The translations under genes and the position numbers were made by a program. DNA of 63,747 nucleotides, counting the filler, from Pelomyxa schiedti (taxonomy: Eukaryota; Protista; Evosea): assembly GCA_020536535.1 (NCBI GenBank). It is 5 parts of 5 records of this genome, joined end to end, with 100 filler letters (N's around TTAATTAATTAA, not from the genome) between each part and the next. Parts side by side here need not be neighbours in the genome. Positions count along the whole stretch, not along the records: positions 41,513 to 60,977 come from JAHLWZ010001108.1; positions 61,078 to 63,747 come from JAHLWZ010001930.1; 3 more parts are not named here. One strand, given 5' to 3'. Below are positions 60,497 to 63,747 of this stretch, in pieces. Under the pieces are notes generated by a model. The model worked only from the letters and a program-made list of their open reading frames with translations. It was not told where the DNA came from and made no database searches. The stretch's first letter is position 1. Each line of letters opens with the position of its first letter.

Positions 60497-60977
60497 ACCA
60501 ACATTGGATGATGGGATGGACAGGTCAGAACAACTCAATCCTGCTCCAAAAAAAAAAAAAAAACAAAAAATACAAGTAAACCAGGATTTTTGGGTCGGCC
60601 TGGCCTGTCTCCTCTATGGCTACCCATAAATAGCCTCTGTAACTAATCACCAGCATAATCCACGAAAGGGAAACATCCTAAAAGAGAACGAAAGGAAAAC
60701 ATCGGTGAACGACACTACTCCCCTGCGCGGTGCACAACACACCCATTCGGCACCCCACCGAGACCAGCTCAATCCCCCGCCCCCAACAACACGCTCCACC
60801 CATAATCGTAACTTGTGCGTAGTCTCCGGCATCCGGACTCGCACTCACATCACCCTCTCCCAGTCTCCACCACCATCCATCGATCTTTCCTCGCTTTTTT
60901 TTCCTGTCCCAACCTCGCCCCCCCCTTTGCTACCTACACCCCCGCACCAGTACCAACCCCCAAACAAATGAAGAAGA

Positions 60978-61077
60978 NNNNNNNNNNNNNNNNNNNNNNN
61001 NNNNNNNNNNNNNNNNNNNNNTTAATTAATTAANNNNNNNNNNNNNNNNNNNNNNNNNNNNNNNNNNNNNNNNNNNN
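60978..61077. other. Artificial contig spacer
   Basis: N44-TTAATTAATTAA-N44. Confidence 0.97.
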
Positions 61078-61639
61078 TGGTGAATTTCCAAGTCGGTAAT
61101 TCCTCTAACCATGACTTGTTATTGGGCAAACGCATGCTCTCCCAAGAACAGCTTATGCCAAGTTTTGATGAACCGATCATGATCTTTCCATTCCCACTTT
61201 TTGAAAAAAATTGGTGTTCTGACAGGCAATTGCTGCTGGTGAAATTGTGCATCATTTCACAGGTTCGATTGTCACTTCTGAGTGTTTCAAATTTCTTTTT
61301 TTGCTGTGCGCCTATGTGACCTACAATGTTGTCAACCACTTCCCACTGTTGCCAGCTTGATTTGATGTGTCCTTAGGACACAAATAACTGACCATCCCTT
61401 CAATCAATTCCCAATGTTCACTTAGAAATTCTGCTTTCAAATCGAAAATATTTTTTGAAGTCGTTTTTTTGTACTGTGAGCCATTTGGTGTTTTGCTAAA
61501 TGGCACAGATCACTATCAGTGTGCCCTTCATGTCAAAATGTTCCCTTCAACACAGGGAACATCATTCAAAGCGTTTTCCTTTGCATGAAGAGGGACAGAC
61601 CACACCACAGAGCAGTCTTTGACATAATTGTGCATTGAC

Positions 61640-62530
61640 TTGTCTGTTTGTGCAGGTGTTGCACCATTGTGAACAAGTGAGTGCAGCTGAATTGCCTGGG
61701 TCATTGGTAGTGCCTTGGCACTGTTGACACTCTGATCTTCAGGTGTCTGGATGGCAAAAAATGATGATAAATTTTTTCCTTGGACAGATTTGACTTAGAA
61801 AAATAAATTGTGAAGAAAAATTCTTCGCAAAAAAAAATTTTGAAGTCAGAGTTTTCGACTTTGTGACAGTGAGTGTACTGCACTGTTCTGCCTGTTGTTA
61901 TCAACGTGCCATTCATGTCAAAGTGTTTCCTTAAATGCAGACTACACTGGACAATGTGTTTTACTTTGATTGAAGAGCAGTGGACACCATGACACTGTGG
62001 TGATTCAACAGTTTCTGCATTTAGTCATTTGTTTGGAGATGTGTGGCACAATTGTGGAACATTTGGTGCATGTGAACTGCCTGGGTCATTGGTAATTCGT
62101 TGACGCAGTTCATATCGTGCTTTGTCGCTCTCTGATGGTAAAAATCGATCATCAACTTTTTCCCCCTTTTTTTTTGACTTAGTTTTTTTTTTCCTGAAGA
62201 AAAATTCTTCGAAAAAAAAAAATTTGAAGTCAGACCTTTTGAGTTTCTGGCAATGGGTGTACAGCACTGTTCCACCTGTTGTTATCGACGTTTTTTCCTT
62301 GGACACTTTGACATGAATGGCAACGACACGGTGGTGATTCAACACTTCCTGCATTTAGTCATCTTTTTGGAGAGGTGTGGCACAATTGTGGAACATTCAA
62401 TGCACATGAACTGCCTGGGTCATTGGTAATTCGTCGACGCAGTTCATATTGTGCTTTGTCGCTCTCTGATGGTAAAAATCGATCATCAACTTTTTCCCCC
62501 TTTTTTTTGACTTAGTTTTTTTTTTCCCAA
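61640..62530. repeat. Tandem ~335-370-bp repeat, about 2.5 copies
   Basis: tgcctgggtcattggta recurs at ~61693, ~62078 and ~62412. 62018-62193 is nearly identical to 62352-62527; the first copy is more diverged. Confidence 0.85.
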
Positions 62531-62539
62531 AGAAAAATT

Positions 62540-63490
62540 AAGGCAATGCCACCACAAGCAGGCTTTTGCCTGCTAGTCAGGCTTTTCAAAATAAACAGAA
62601 TCAGTTTTTTTCCTTTTTTGGGGGACTTTTCCTTTGCTTTGGGGGGCAGGACTGGGACTGGTACTTGGGTGACCCTCTATTGGGCAGTGGTTGTTTTCCT
62701 TTTCCACCATGCTTTTCTTGTGGAGCTTTAGATTGCTTATGGGCTGCCACTTGGGTGGGAGAGTCTGATTCACTGTCACTTGCTTCTTGCCCACAAGACA
62801 AGTCAGAAGCATGCTTAGGGGCACTGGGGAAGCTATCTTGGTCTGACTCTGAAGAGGACTGATGATCTGTGATTAATGATTTAAAATCAAAATGCCAACT
62901 GAAAGATTTACCTTGGGGTTCAGCACTATTTGATGTACACTCTTCATCAAGGGTTCATGTGGTGCTTGTGTCATGAATGCTGAAGTACTTGTTGGAGTGC
63001 TCTCAGGAGGTACCAGAGTTGCAGTGGCTATATCTCTTGTGGGATGCTTGAGTGGGATGAAGGCCAATCAGCTTGAGAGGTTGTGGGAGTTGGGACAAGG
63101 GCTGGGGTGCCAGTAAGAAGTAATTGTACTTGAGGGGCAAAAAGCTGCTGAGGTTGCAACTGTTGCCATGTCTGTTGAGCCTCTGTTCATGACTTGAACA
63201 ATACTGTTTCTTTCATGCACTACAATTGCAGAAATGGAACCCATCAGTCTGAACCAAGTGCTGTGTTACTGAATGCCTTTTCCACCGTGGAACTAGTTAT
63301 CATCAATTTAATTTGGAGAGTAGACAAGTCCATGTGTTGACATACACTTGAGGGCTGATTCCCTCAAGGCACCGACTGCCCTGACGGAGTTTATCCCAGA
63401 CGGCCGGGTCGTTACGCCACCCCACATGCAGAATGTCCCTCTCCCAATCTTTGATTCTGCCCACATCCAGATCTCTGTCAAAATGGAGAA
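62540..63490 (-). pseudogene. Probable decayed gene fragment (S/P/T/K-rich, broken frames, CpG-depleted)
   Basis: Short ORFs 62601-62801 and 62873-63067 with protein-like low complexity, interrupted by stops. Confidence 0.35.
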
Positions 63491-63747
63491 AAACAGTGGT
63501 GTTTTAGCAATACTGGGGGGCAGTAGGGTGAGTGAGGCACTGTGTTGTGTGTTTTGTGTGCTTCTGTGGGGATGTGTAGTTCGTTGTGTGACGGCAAAGC
63601 AGAGAACAAGAACGAGATCAAGAAAGGATTCTATTATTTGTTCTGTTTTGTTGTTTGTTTTGATTTATGAGGTTTGGGTTGTGATTCTAAGGTCGGAGTG
63701 TGTCGGGCTTATAAGGACTCGAAAACGACTTGAAATCGAGGTGAACG

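Noticed and set aside
1-63747. Alternative genetic code or stop-codon readthrough to explain fragmented ORFs
   Set aside because: Breaks in conserved genes coincide with short GT-AG introns, and the long NRPS frame reads cleanly in the standard code.
1-63747. tRNA/rRNA genes
   Set aside because: None recognised by eye; tRNAscan-SE or Infernal would be needed to exclude them.

Overview
Gene-dense, intron-rich eukaryotic (protist) DNA made of five concatenated contigs (1-9987, 10088-36754, 36855-41412, 41513-60977, 61078-63747) joined by artificial N44-TTAATTAATTAA-N44 spacers. Gene style and the lineage-specific families suggest an amoebozoan such as the archamoeba Pelomyxa; this is inference only. 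Recognisable spliced genes: RPAP2/Rtr1, TMEM53/DUF829, a Rab5-family GTPase, a transmembrane class I cyclic-nucleotide phosphodiesterase, a dual-specificity phosphatase, a UBL protein, RNF170, NAT10/Kre33, a PQ-loop protein, a UFD1/zinc-finger protein, a PP2C-like protein, a PTEN-like protein, an ankyrin/F-box/membrane protein, an M28 peptidase, HSP20, ZNF593/Bud20 and a CH-LIM protein. The standout is an intronless, bacterial-type NRPS (C-A-PCP-E, 5'-truncated) lying about 240 bp from a spliced host gene. It has no thioesterase, its terminal epimerase-like domain has altered catalytic motifs, and the assembly signature suggests more near-identical modules. Also notable: an N-acylated, non-prenylated Rab5, a Crinkler-type NTPase+REase protein, a possible 7TMIC/gustatory-receptor-like protein, a perfect 52-bp palindrome, and CpG-free repeat or pseudogene tracts. 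Coordinates of spliced genes come from manual exon reading and are approximate.
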